A DNA stretch of 64,000 nt. Origin: Emiliania huxleyi CCMP1516 (taxonomy: Eukaryota). The position numbers and the translations under genes were made by a program. Shown here piece by piece: positions 1 through 11,029 of this stretch; the first letter of the stretch is position 1, and every line of letters begins with the position of its first letter. Location of the stretch: positions 1,085,081 through 1,149,080 of the forward strand of contig NW_005201287.1 in assembly GCF_000372725.1 (NCBI RefSeq). The letters are read 5' to 3'. The notes below the pieces were generated by a model. That model ran no database searches and was not told the DNA's origin. It saw only the letters and a program-made list of their open reading frames with translations.

Positions 1-490
1 CCTCGACGACGTGTGCTGCCTGCTCCGCCTCGGAAAGGCGTCGGCGACCCCCCCGGCCGTGTCTCGGCCTGCGTCCCGGCTAACCCTCCTCCGCCTTGGC
101 CAGGTGGCCACGATCCGAGCCCTCCTCGCGGCGCGCAAGCTGCTGCAGGGCGGCGCCGAGTACGGCTACCTCCTCAACCGAGCGTGGCTCGACGACACCG
201 TGATCTGGCTGCAGCGGGTCCCGGCGCGGCGGCTCGTGCGGCTGGCAGCTGCGCTCGAGGCGGCAGCACCAAGCAAGCCGACGGTGGGCTGGCCACTGGA
301 GCAGTATGAGGCGCTGGCACTCGAGGACGAGGAGGGCGGGGAGGGTGAGGCGAGTAGCTCAGAGAGCGGCGACAGCGACAGCGGTGAGAGTGGAGAGGGC
401 GGCGAGCGCGAAGCGGCTCCGGGTGGCGCAAATCATGCCGACACAGGGAGATCGGAACGGGGTATGGAAGTGGAAGGAACCTTGGTATGA
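1..490 (+). CDS. SHQ1: 3' end of H/ACA RNP assembly factor SHQ1 (GC-AG intron 38-103)
   Basis: Spliced LRLGK|VATIRALL..YLLNRAWLDDTVIWLQ..LAAALE..K..VGWPLEQYEALA plus an acidic tail matches the SHQ1 C-terminal pattern; CTAAC branch point in the intron. Confidence 0.75.
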   Translation, partial: LDDVCCLLRLGKASATPPAVSRPASRLTLLRLGQVATIRALLAARKLLQGGAEYGYLLNRAWLDDTVIWLQRVPARRLVRLAAALEAAAPSKPTVGWPLEQYEALALEDEEGGEGEASSSESGDSDSGESGEGGEREAAPGGANHADTGRSERGMEVEGTLV

Positions 491-1479
491 CTACATCAAC
501 ATGAGTGACACACGTATTTCGTCGCCCTGTGTGTGTCCTCTCTGGTCTCTGCACTCTGGACTCGATCTGGCATGTTGTGCGAGTATATGGGCAAAAGCGT
601 CGAAAATGCGCGGAAAAATTTTTTACGTGCGTCCCAAATGCGCGTTTGCGGCTTGCCTGTGCTCTCGGCCGCCTCGCTGAGCGGGACCGAGCGCGGTGCT
701 GGTGGCGCCGACACTGCGGATCCGTCGAGCACTGCGATGGCTGCTGAACCAGTGAGAGTCGGCAGCGCTGCCTCTGCGGATGGTGCGCCTGCACAAACCA
801 CGCCAAGCGACTGCAAACTGGGCGCAAACCTGTCTGGCAATGCTCTGGGCGAGGATGTCAATGTGGAAACCACTCGAGACCTTCAGCTTGATCCTGCCAC
901 GACGACTCGCACCGCAAACGCGGGTCCTGCACTTCCTCGCGGTGCTGACATCTCTGTCCTGCGCCATGTTGACGCCAATTACTCTGCTTTCAACATGCTC
1001 AACGAGACGGGCGCTGCTGCAGCGCTGACTCCCAACGAGGCCGCACGACTGAATTGGAATGCCGCACAGCTCAATTGGAATGGCATGCCGAGCGCCGCGC
1101 TCCCTGGCGGCGGCGTGGCTGCGGAATAAGCTAGTCTATGGTCACCATCCTCTCCGGCTACGACAATGTGAACGTCATCTGGTCCTCACGGGGGTGACCC
1201 GTCTCCTCTTCTGCGTGTGATAGGGGGTAGACAGCGCCCAAAATCAACATCCTTCTGCTCTTCGACCTCAGCCTCGCTGCCCTCTGCGCGGCTGACCTAA
1301 CCTGTGCTGCTGCTGCTGCTGCTGTTGCAGCTGATGCTGCTCCTGCTACCCTCCCGCCCGCCCACCCTGCCCGCCCGCCCTGCCCGCCCGCTCGTAAGGG
1401 GTCTTCACCTTCACACTGGTCTGGCCACAGGTGGGCAACCCTCCCGTCGAAGGTCAAGCGGTCTCAACTTCGCGCTCTA

Positions 1480-2470
1480 CTGCCCGCCCTCGCCCTCGCC
1501 TACCGCCTCCCGCCTCCGCCCGCCGACCCGCCGCCAGCTCGTCCGCCAACCCGTCGTCTCTGTCGCCTCTCGCCCGCCCGCCATCGCCCTCGCCTTTCAC
1601 CTCCCGCCGCCTCCCGCCGACCGCCACGCCAGCTTGCCTGCCGCCCTGTCGTCTCGCCTGTCGCCTGCCCGCCCTCGCCGCCTCTCGCCGACCACCACGC
1701 CAGCTTGGCCGCCGCCCTGTCGTCTCGCCTATCGCCCGCCCGCCCTCGCCCTCGCCCCCTCCTCCCGCCACCACCCTCGCCTCACCCTCCCGCCGCCTCG
1801 CCGCTCGCTTGCTCGCTCGCGCGCCCGCTCGCGCCTGGCTTTCTACTTCCTCGTGATCGCCCGAATCTCTCCTTCCTCGTGATCCACCCTCGCCTCACCC
1901 TCCCGCCGCCTCGCTGCTCGCTCGCCGCTTGCTCGCCCGCCCGACTTTCTACTTCCTCGTGATCCGAACCGCCACCACCCTCGCCTCACCCTCCCGCCGC
2001 CTCGCCGCTCTCGCTCGCCGTTCGCTCGCCCGCTCCCGACTTTCTACTTCCTCGTGATCCATCTCGCCGCCCGCTCGCTCGCTCGCGCTCGACCTCCTAC
2101 TTCCTCGTGATCCACCGCCGCCACCCTCGCCTCGCCCTCCCGCCGCCTAGCCGCTCGCTCGCCGCTCGCTCGCACGTTCGCGCTCGACCTTCTACTTCCT
2201 CGTGATCCACCGCCGCCACCCTCGCCTCGCCCTCCCGCCGCCTGGCCGCTCGCCTGCCGCTCGCCCGCACGTTCGCGCTCGACCTTCTACTTCCTCGTGA
2301 TCAACCCGCCGCCACCCTCACCCCCCGCCGCCTAGCCGCTCGCTCGCCGTTCGCTCACCCGCTCGCGCCAGACCTTCTACCTCCTCGTGATCCACCCGCC
2401 GCCACCCTCGTCTCGCCCTCCCGCCACCTAGCCGCTCGCTCGCTCCTATCCGTGCCACGCCTATCCGTGA
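1480..2470 (+). repeat. Pyrimidine-rich degenerate minisatellite (~60-100 bp units)
   Basis: Recurrent TTCTACTTCCTCGTGATC..CCACCCTCGCCTCACCCTCCCGCCGCC units. Confidence 0.85.
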
Positions 2471-2905
2471 TCCTGCCGTTACCGCCCCGTCCTTGCTCCT
2501 TTCTGCCGTGCCGCTCCTTCCTCCGTGCCGCGCCGCCCTTGCCGTTTAGCCCGCCGCCCCCCCTGCCGTCCGTTACCGCCGTGCCGCCGTACAGTGCCAC
2601 GCCCCGTGCCGTATGTCCCGCCGTCCGATGCCCTGCCTGCCGTCTGTTGCCGCCGCTCTGCCTTACCGCCAACCGTTGCCGTGCCACGCCGCCTTTACAC
2701 ACACACCTTACTTCCTGCTCGACTGAGTTTGCGATGAGAAGTGACCCGAGCCGCCGGGTGCCCCGCAGCGGCCTCGCTGGGCCAGAACGTCGGCCCCGAG
2801 TGCTCCGCAGCAGCCTCGCTGAGCCAGAACGTCGGCTCGCGAGGTGGGGTGCTAGTATGAGCCCGACCCAGGTCGTAGTGTTCTTGCTCCCAGCGCTTGC
2901 GCTTC

Positions 2906-2969
2906 GGCGGTTAGTGGTGCACTAACCTCCGAGAAACCCTTCGGGTCGCTCCTCATCGCAAACCCTGTC
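2906..2969. repeat. Short structured dispersed repeat (second copy 5364-5429)
   Basis: TAGTGGTGCACTAACC..CGAGAAACCCTT..GTCGCTCCTCATCGCAAA.CCTGTC in both places. Confidence 0.8.
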
Positions 2970-3020
2970 AGCAGAGTCTCCTACGGGAATGTACGTAAGA
3001 GCTACATACACTGAGAGAGA

Positions 3021-3300
3021 GAGACATTCGGCGGCGGCTTCTCGCCGCCGGCAGTTGCAAAGATCAACCGCCTTGCGCGCAAGGCTCAACGCTCGGGCGT
3101 TGACCGCACCGCGTACCCTCCCCACTCCCGCCTCTCATTTGTGTCACACCACGCGGAACGCATCTCCATCGCTTCGGTGAAGGGGGTGAACCGTGCCATC
3201 CTCGATCGCCGTGCAAAGCTCGCTTCCGAGCTCTCACGCCGCGCGTAGGGCCCTTAGGGGCCTAGAGAACACAACCCCCTCTCTCTTTTCTCCCAGTAAG
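3021..3300 (+). mobile_element. 3' fragment of CRE-like (RLE endonuclease) non-LTR retrotransposon
   Basis: Frame 3021-3248 reads ETFGGGFSPPAVAKINRLARKA..FVSHHAERISIASVKGVNRAI..*, homologous to 52468-52720. Confidence 0.75.
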
Positions 3301-4294
3301 CTAAAAGTACGTACACTGAAAAAGCGTGTCTCGAGTTTGTGGCAGCCCCACAGCCGGCGCGCGCCGCCAGGAAGCACCGCTCGCGTGTCGGCGGCACTCC
3401 CTGGCACCCAGTGAGTGCCGCGAACCGACCAGACCGAACAGGCTCGATGCCGCGCTCGCTGTGGGGCTGCCACAAAGTCGCCGCCGAGCGTGCCACCGAC
3501 GGCGTCCCGGCGGAGGTGATGGAGTGTGAGACCTGAGGCTGCGGAGGTGACGCCTGAGGTACCGGCCCGTGTACGGCGACTCAGCCGGCGACCGCCACGG
3601 GCTCAGACGAGACTTGTCGACGCGTTCCGGCTCAGCTTCACCGTGGTCATCGGGCGTCTGTCGACGTCAGGACCACCCATACAGCTCGCGGGTTTGAGGT
3701 CGCAAGAGCCAAGATGGTGGCGTTTGGACATCCCAACCATCACACAAGACAGCCTGTAGGTGATGGCGGGACGGCGCAGTGTTTGTGGCACTCGGCAGTA
3801 GGCACCCGCGGCACAGCCCCGCGGTCGGCTCTCGCGGGCTGCGGAACCGGCCCCAGAAGGGGACGGTCCGGGCGAGTGTGGCAGCTCCTGCGCTAGTATG
3901 GGCACCCTCTATCACAACACTACTGATCCTGGCCATTAGAGCTGCCAGGGATAGCGTCAGGAGCTGGTAGTAGTCAAAACCCCTCATATTTGAGACATCG
4001 TGGCCCATATACTCGCACAACGAGCCATCTCTGCGGCGCGCGGTGCGAGAGAGAGGCCGTGAACAAAGACGTGCGAGCAGGCGCTTCTCGAGACGAGCGC
4101 TTGCGAGCGCGAGCAGCAGCTGTGAAACACACATGACACAAAAACAAACATAATGAGAACGCGGTCAACTCGGAACTCGCAAGACGCAACTCCCCGCGGG
4201 GCCGCGCCCGGCCGGGGCCCGCGCCCCGGGCCCGGCCCGCGCGAGCGAGTCTACACACATCACACGGTGATAATTCGTAAAAAAAAGCATCGTA

Positions 4295-5246
4295 TCAGTT
4301 TGACGAGATCGGAGTCCCATTATCTTGGGACGAGCTCGGCCCTGCACCGCCGGAGCTGGCGTTGACCACGAGCTGCTGCTTGGCGGCGCTAGAGCAGCGC
4401 GTCTCCCGCAGCAGCTCGAAGGTGGTCGAGTCTCTCACCCGCCACTTCGCGCCGCTCGACGTCTGCTGCCGGTGCGTCTCGCCCTGGAGGATCTGCGCAT
4501 ACCAGATCTCCTCCCCCTCTCCACTTAGCCAGAGCAGTTCCATGGCGCCGGCTCGGTTGCTGCTCACGTGTAGAGTCACTGCGGAGGCCGGCTCGGTGGA
4601 GGCCGGCTCGCCCGGGGCCCCGTCCTCTCCCCGTTGGACTTGCTTGCCTCCTTCCTTTGCCTCCCCGGCCGTGCTCTCCATCGCCGCCACCAGCTCTTTT
4701 ACGCGAAGTCCTGGCGATCGCGGCTCCTCGCCTTGCTCCTGTGCGTCGAGGAGGGTGAGCACAGCCTCCTCGCTGACAAGGCGAGTCTCCACGAGCCGAG
4801 CTATCAAATCGGCGAGCACCTGACCGCACAAAGCATTTTCACGCAACGGATCCGCCAGCCGAGGCGACCCGGCTTTCAGACTGGTAGGATGCCGGCGCTG
4901 GTGCTCCCGCGAGGCGCGACTCGAGCCTACGGCGAAACGAAGGATGTGTTAGATGGTGGCTCATCAACGGCCCTCCTTGCGGCGCCGGCCTTGTGGTCGG
5001 CTTCTGGCGACAAGACGCCTCCGTTAGCAGAAGGTGCTGCTCAGCCTCGTCGGACGTCGTGCACTCAGCCTCTGCCGAAGGCTTCTCGCACCGCAGCCGC
5101 CATCTCTGCTCCTTGAACGTGCTCTGGACGCGTGTCGATCCTGATTCCACCACTCCGTAGTCGACCTCGTCGTCACCGTTAACCCAGAAGAGTCGTGCCT
5201 CACCCGGCAGCCCGTTGCACGCCAACAGCTCCACAGTGGTTGACAT
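4295..5246 (-). CDS. Probable spliced gene with two VHL-beta-like domains
   Basis: N..GEARLFWVNGDDEVDYGVVESG....QSTF....WRLR and N....MELLWLSGEGEEIWYAQI..G....QQT....KWRVRD; exon structure not resolved. Confidence 0.5.
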
Positions 5247-5431
5247 GCGAGGGTGTGAGCGATGAACAGGGGGATCTCGCGGGCCCGCAAGTTTGGTTGA
5301 GGAAGAATTTTTTTCCTTTTTGGGGCGCTGTCTGAGCCCGCTGAGGTGCAGTGTTCTTGCGCAGGCGGCTATAGTGGTGCACTAACCCCGAGAAACCCTT
5401 AAGCGTCGCTCCTCATCGCAAATCCTGTCCC

Positions 5432-5592
5432 GTGTTTACTTTAAGGCCCTTGCCCTGCGAACGCGCACCCCCGGGGCTAGGGCTCTCTTGCCCGCAACCC
5501 GATCCCGATCATCCGGCCCGCTGGGTGCGCTCCTTAGCTCCCCGGCCCTGGATGTGAGGCTAATGACTGCACTCCAAGACCAAGTGCTCCAA
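5432..5592 (+). mobile_element. 5'-truncated copy of a retroposon family ending in (CTCCAAGTG)n
   Basis: Near-identical to 10329-10483 and the reverse complement of 45040-45193. Confidence 0.8.
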
Positions 5593-5718
5593 AACTCCCT
5601 CGCACAACAATGGGGACGGGGAAAAAATGATACGACCCTCCCGAAAGTGGTATTAGTACCGACCCAAAAGGGGGGTAGCATGGGCCATGGCCGATTCGTC
5701 GCTGGCTCCCACTGACTG

Positions 5719-6490
5719 GTGCCGCCGCCTTTTCCTACCCTACCGCCACTTTCGCCTACGCCTCCTTCACCTCCGATGCCCTCGGGGCCCTCGCCATCCT
5801 CACCACCACCCAACCCTGCGCTGCCGTCGCCCTCGCCACCGCTGCCCTCGCTGCCGCCGCCCTTGCCCCCGCCGCCGTCCTCGCCGCCACCTCGTCCTGC
5901 GTTGCCCCAGCCCACGCCACCGCTGCGCAAGCCGCCGCTGCCCTCGCCGCCGCCGCCCTCGCCGCCGCCGCCCTCGCCGCCGCCGCCCTCGCCGCCGCCG
6001 CCCTCGCCGCCGCCGCCCTCGCCGCCGCCGCCCTCGTCGCCACCGCCCTCGTCGCCACCGCCCTCACCGCCCTCGCCGCCGCCGCCCTCGCCGCCACCGC
6101 CCTCGTCGCCACCGCCCTCGTCGCCACCGCCCTCACCGCCCTCGTCGCCACCGCCCTCGCCGCCACCGCCGCTATCTTTGGCGCCACCACCCTACCAGCC
6201 GGGGCAATCGCCGCCGCCGCCTTCTCCGTCGCCGGCTCCTCTTCCCAATTCACCTTGGCGATCACCGCTATTGCCACCACCACCCTCACGAGTAAGACCC
6301 GCATCGCCGCCGACCCCGCCACCGCTGCCCTCGCTGTCGCCACCCAGCCCGCGGCCCCCCTCACCGCCCTCGCGGCCGCTCGCGACAACCTCCGCCGCCC
6401 TCGGCGGCTCAAGCTCAGGGAGCTCCGACGTTGCCGCCGTGGGCGCTGCTGTGGGTGTCGCCGTGTCGCTCGCTCTCCTCGTGACAACTG
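5719..6490 (+). CDS. Extensin-like (SPPPP)n stalk plus transmembrane helix; exon or gene remnant
   Basis: Long SPPPP repeats followed by VAAVGAAVGVAVSLALLV; no clear start. Confidence 0.45.
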
Positions 6491-7237
6491 CGTCCGCTCC
6501 GGACGAGCCTTGCGAGCGGCCCCAACCAGGTCGATGTTGTGGAGTAGGCACCATTCGCGATCCTCCTGCTGCGCAGCCGCTATCGCGTGCGCGTCAGCGG
6601 CGATGGGAGCTGCTGCCGCTGGCGTCTGGCGCGTCGCGACAAGCCATTGCCGTTCTGGCCTTGGTGCCGACGTTCGAGCACGAACCCGGAGAATCACGGC
6701 GCGCCAGTCCGTGCTGTGCGCAACAACGCGGCGCTGGAGCGCGCTCGCTCCCAACACCACGAGAGCACCTCGCCGCGGGCTTGTGCGGGCCGCCGTGGCG
6801 CCGCACCAGGCGCGCTTCCTCCCGGCGGTAATGAGGGCGACAGTAGCAGCAGCGTCCGGGACAGCCCTAGCTATACCTACACCGACGATAGCTCCGGATC
6901 GGTGGGATCATGGGCGACGTACACGGGGTAGCGCGGGGAATTTGATGGTCGGGTATGGTGATGTTTGTGATGGTCGGGGGTTGGTGATGCGTGAGTATGG
7001 ACGAAATGTGTGAGTTTTCTAGCTGTCCATTGTCCCGCTGTGTCCCCCGGGACACCCGGCTTCCGTGTTTTTGAATACTGTATTGTAGGATCTAGTGTAG
7101 ACTTTGTCACACACACAAGTACGACGATGTACAGACGGTCCAGTACAGACTGGACACTCACAGAGTCAGTCGTACGCGACGCCCGTGCGGGACGGCAGGA
7201 AGAGTGAAGAGAAGAGAGAGGCGTTACCTCGTTAGCA

Positions 7238-7313
7238 CAACAATAAATAAAAACGGACACCTCTCTTCAGGATCTTGGCGGTAAAAAGGAACACAACCCC
7301 CCCCCCCCCGGCG
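7238..7313 (-). mobile_element. 76-bp retroposon 3' end with (TTTA)n tail
   Basis: TSD CCTCGTTAGCA at 7227-7237 and 7314-7324; shares ACGGACACCTCT..GGTAAAAAGGAACA with 20238-20298. Confidence 0.75.
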
Positions 7314-7579
7314 CCTCGTTAGCAGCTTAGCACAAAATAAAGAATACGTGTGAAATCTCTCGATGTGTGTGTCCTTGGGAGACGAGCTCTGTGAAAAGCC
7401 GTACAGGAGCCTCTCTCTGAAGACTGAACATGATGACGCATCATGGTCATGCATCCACAGTTCTCAGTTGATCGATTCACGCGCCAGCCGCCACATCACC
7501 AGCAACCCGCACGGTGCGTCCCACGCACCCACTCGGTCTGCACACCTGGGCTACTGGCCGGGCGGCCCCCGTCCTCCTC

Positions 7580-9893
7580 TCAGTCTAGCTGCTCCATCCC
7601 GCTGCCCGCCGCCGCCGGCTCCTCCCCTGCGCCGTTCCGCTCGTCCTGATCCTCGACCGGCGCGGGCGCGCCCTTCGCGCCGTCGGCGAGAGCGTCTGCC
7701 GCCGGCGCCTCGCTCCCTCCAAAGGCGGCGGTCGCGTACGGCGAAGCGTCCGGCTTGGCGGGAGGCAAGCCGCGTTCGCACCGCTCCTCCTCGGTGAGCC
7801 GCGCCTCCGCCAGCTTCGCCGCCGCCTCGGCCGCCGCCGCCGCAGCAGCTGCCGCCTCCTCGGCCTCCGCAGCCTCCCGCGCCTCCTCGGCCGCCTCGCG
7901 CTCCGCACGCTGCTTGACGAGGCCGCGCACGAGCGACGCCATGCTGCCCACGCCCTCGTCGCTGTACGCCTCGACGTCGTCGGGCGGCGGGAGGCCGAGC
8001 TCGCGGGAGAGGAGGAGAGCGCACCCCTCGAGCAACGTCACCAGCGAGTGCGACAGCCCGCCCTCCTCCTCGGCGGCGGCGCCAGCGTCCGCCTGCCGCG
8101 CGGCCGCCGCCTCGAAGTGCGGGAGACCGCCGCCTACGGGACGTGTCCAGGACACGTATGGACGTGTCATGCACGGCCTCGAGCTGCGCGAAGCCGCCGC
8201 CGTCGACGAGCTCGGCGGCGGAGGCCGCGTCGCCGATCAGGCCTGCGAGCGCGCGCGCGCCGTCCGCCTGCACCTCCTCCGAGCCGGCCTGCCGCACGCA
8301 CAGCCGCAGAACCTCGGCGGCGGGCGCCTGCAGCCGCAGCCGCGCCAGCAACGGCGCGTCTCCCCGCGCGAGCTGCGCCACCAAACCGACCGTCGGGCCG
8401 ACGAGCGCCGCCTCCTCGGCCGCCGACGCGCCGCCGTCGGCGTCTGCGTCGGCGCGAGCTCCGACCGTCTCGATGGCCACGAGGAGCTTGCGCAGCACCT
8501 CCGCCTCGAGGACGGACGCGCGGACCACGTCGTTGAGCGAGGCGAGCATCTGCAGCGCGCGCACGCCGACACCCGCCACCGCGCCGGTGGGGTGGGCCCG
8601 GACCGCGTCGCAGAGCGTCTCGACGCCGCCGTCGAGCACGAACGGCTTTGGAGGCACCGCGGGCAGCAGCATCCGAACCGCGAGGACGAGCTGCGCCGCC
8701 GTCGGAGCGTCGCGCATGTGCGAGCGCAGCGCGGGCAGGAGGAGGCCCATCGCGCCGCCGTCGGCAGCGATCTTCTTGACGAAGCCCCGCCCGCGCATGA
8801 GGGAGCAAAGCAGCCTCCACGCGTCTGCCGTCACCTCGCGCAGCTGGCCGTGCATCCGGACCGCGCGCAGCAGAAGCGGCACCGCGCGCGCGTTGAGGGC
8901 CGCAACCACCGCCCCGTCCGCAGCCTCCTTGGCGCTCACCGCGACGGCACTGCCCGCGTCTGCGCCTCCGTCGCCCCCGCCGCCGCCCGCCGCTCGCACC
9001 GCCGTCTGCGCCGCCGCCGCCTCGGCGGCGGCGGGCGAGGCGGGGTCGATGTTTGCCTCGATTGCGGCGATGCACTCGCGGAGGGCGGCCAGGTCTCGGG
9101 GCCGCTGCCCCATCCGCTGGACGACGACGTCCAGCCGCGCCGGCGGCGGCGGCGCGCCCTCCGCTGCGGCGTGGGGCACGCCGCCGGCGACGGGCGGCGG
9201 CGCGGGCTTGGAGGCGATGGCGGGGAGGGGCGCGAGGATGGCTGGCCAGAGCGAGGGCCTGACTTTTGGCAGGTCGATCACAATCTCGTGCGTGTCGGCC
9301 GAGAGGTGCCACATGCACTCGGACGCCTCCACCTCCGCGTGCAGCTCGCCCGCCACGAGCGGCTGCGGCCAGAAGCGAGCGCGCAGCACGAGCCGCGTCG
9401 CCGGCCCGTGGCTCGGCGCCAGCTGGAGCAGCACCTCGCTCTTGGTGGTCCCGTCAGGCACCGCGACGGCGATGGTCAGGTCCGTCTCCGACTGCGTCCA
9501 GCGGTACCCTCCCCCGTCGCCCGCCGTCGGGTCCGCACGCGGCTCCTCCTTCTTCCGCGGCCGCGGCGGCGGCGTGGGCTCGGGCGGCGGCCACTCGCCA
9601 AAACGGTCGGGCACGGCGGCGGCTCGCGCGGCGGAGGCGTGAGCCGCGAGTGCTGTGAGCATCTCCTTGCGCGCGCGTAGCGGCAGGCCGCCGAGCGCCG
9701 GTGCGATCTCCGCCAGCGCCTGCTTGAAGCCCAGCGGGTCGCGGGCGTCCTTTGGCACGTCAGCAAAGTCGAGGAGCCGGTTGAGCGTGGGCTCCGGCCA
9801 GCCGCGGGGCAGCTGCGAGCCGCTAGCCGCGCACAGGTCGCCGCGCAGCGCCTCGCCCGACCGGAGCGACTTGGCACGGAGCGTGCTGGCCAT
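7580..9893 (-). CDS. CS (p23/NudC-like) domain + armadillo-like repeat protein; intron 8134-8200
   Basis: YRWTQSETDLTIAVAVP..GELHAEVEASECMWHL..IDLPK..LWP; ARM-like helices; splicing joins the 780-aa and 196-aa ORFs in frame. Confidence 0.75.
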
Positions 9894-10177
9894 TGCGCGT
9901 GGCTGGAGCGAAAGCGAATATTGGGCCGCAAAGAGGGGGCCGCCAAAGAAGAATTTTGCCTGATCTGTTGGCGACGAGACACAATGCCGCCACTCCCGCC
10001 CGGGGAGGCCCCACCCGGGCTGTCGGCTCCCTCGGGGCCAATGGGGCTAGCCGACGGAGGTGGGGCGGAGGGACCGCCTCCGAAGAAGAGACATCAAAAA
10101 AACGACTGCAGAGGCAGTGGGGCGACGCCCGAAAGGCGAGCAAGAGACCGAACCAGACTGAAGATTCACCCTGAAGG

Positions 10178-10483
10178 GTGGGGGACGAGGCCGGGCAGTG
10201 TACACGTTAGACAGTCGTGTGTGTACGTGACGGGTGGTGTCGTAGTGTCCGTGTCCACTAGCTCCGAGTAGAGGGGGCGTTCTGCAGTTAAGGGGAAACC
10301 CGGTACACGGAGCCCTCTCGGAGAACTGTGTTTACTTTAAGGCCCTTGCCCTGCGAACGCGCACCCCCGGGGCTAGGGCTCTCTAGCCCGTAACCCGACA
10401 CCGATCATCCGGCCCGCTGGGTGCGCTTCTTAGCTCCCTGGCCCTGGATGTGAGGTTGATAACTGCACTCCAAGTGCTCCAAT
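10178..10483 (+). mobile_element. ~300-bp copy of the (CTCCAAGTG)n-tailed retroposon family
   Basis: Matches the reverse complement of 45040-45346 over its full length. Confidence 0.85.
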
Positions 10484-10647
10484 GTCTGTGTGTTGGCGGC
10501 GTACCGTCCTCCATCCCTCCCTTGGGTTGTCTGTTTTCTTTCTTTCTTTGAAACCACGCCCTCAAGCTGGCTGTCCTGCCGACACCAAGCCTTCAAGCCG
10601 GTCCTCCGGCTTCCTCGCACGCGCCAGCCGCCACAACAAGCTCTGAC

Positions 10648-10799
10648 TGTTAGACCTAAAGGTCGGCGGTTCGACCAACTAGGCCACCTTCAACTAGGCC
10701 ACCTTTTGCGCAATTGCGCAAAAGGTGGCCTAGTTGGTTGCGCAAAAGGTGGCCTAGTTGGTCGAACCGCCGTCCGCCGACCGACCTTTAGGTCTAACA
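10648..10799. repeat. Palindromic MITE-like element
   Basis: TGTTAGACCTAAAGGTCGG...CCGACCTTTAGGTCTAACA centred on GCGCAATTGCGC. Confidence 0.8.
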
Positions 10800-11029
10800 A
10801 AACAGGAGCTCCTCTTGGTACTTGGTCTTGGAGGCGCACCCTCCTGCCCGCCCCAGTCACCTCAGCGCGCTCAGGACCTTGAACTCGGGACTCGAATCAG
10901 ACACCCTCACGAGAGTCGATCCTGCTTTGTCGAAGCGCCGACCTTTAGGTCTAATAACAAAGCAGGATCGACTCTCGCGAGGGTGATTCGACCCCCCACT
11001 CCCCCCCCGACCACGCCCCCCCCACCACT

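Larger units (their letters stand above)
569..4026. mobile_element. Non-autonomous TIR DNA transposon with 4-bp TSD and ~2.7 kb of extra internal sequence
   Basis: Ends GGCATGTTGTGCGAGTATATGGGC / GCCCATATACTCGCACAACGAGCC; TSD ATCT at 565-568 and 4027-4030; shorter sibling at 19403-20155. Confidence 0.85.

Noticed and set aside
1480..2470. CRISPR-like repeat/spacer appearance
   Set aside because: The spacers are homologous to each other, there are no cas genes, and the context is eukaryotic
2930..2985. Hammerhead-like GAAAC-stem-GTC
   Set aside because: No CUGANGA core in any permutation, and the stem is not kept in the second copy
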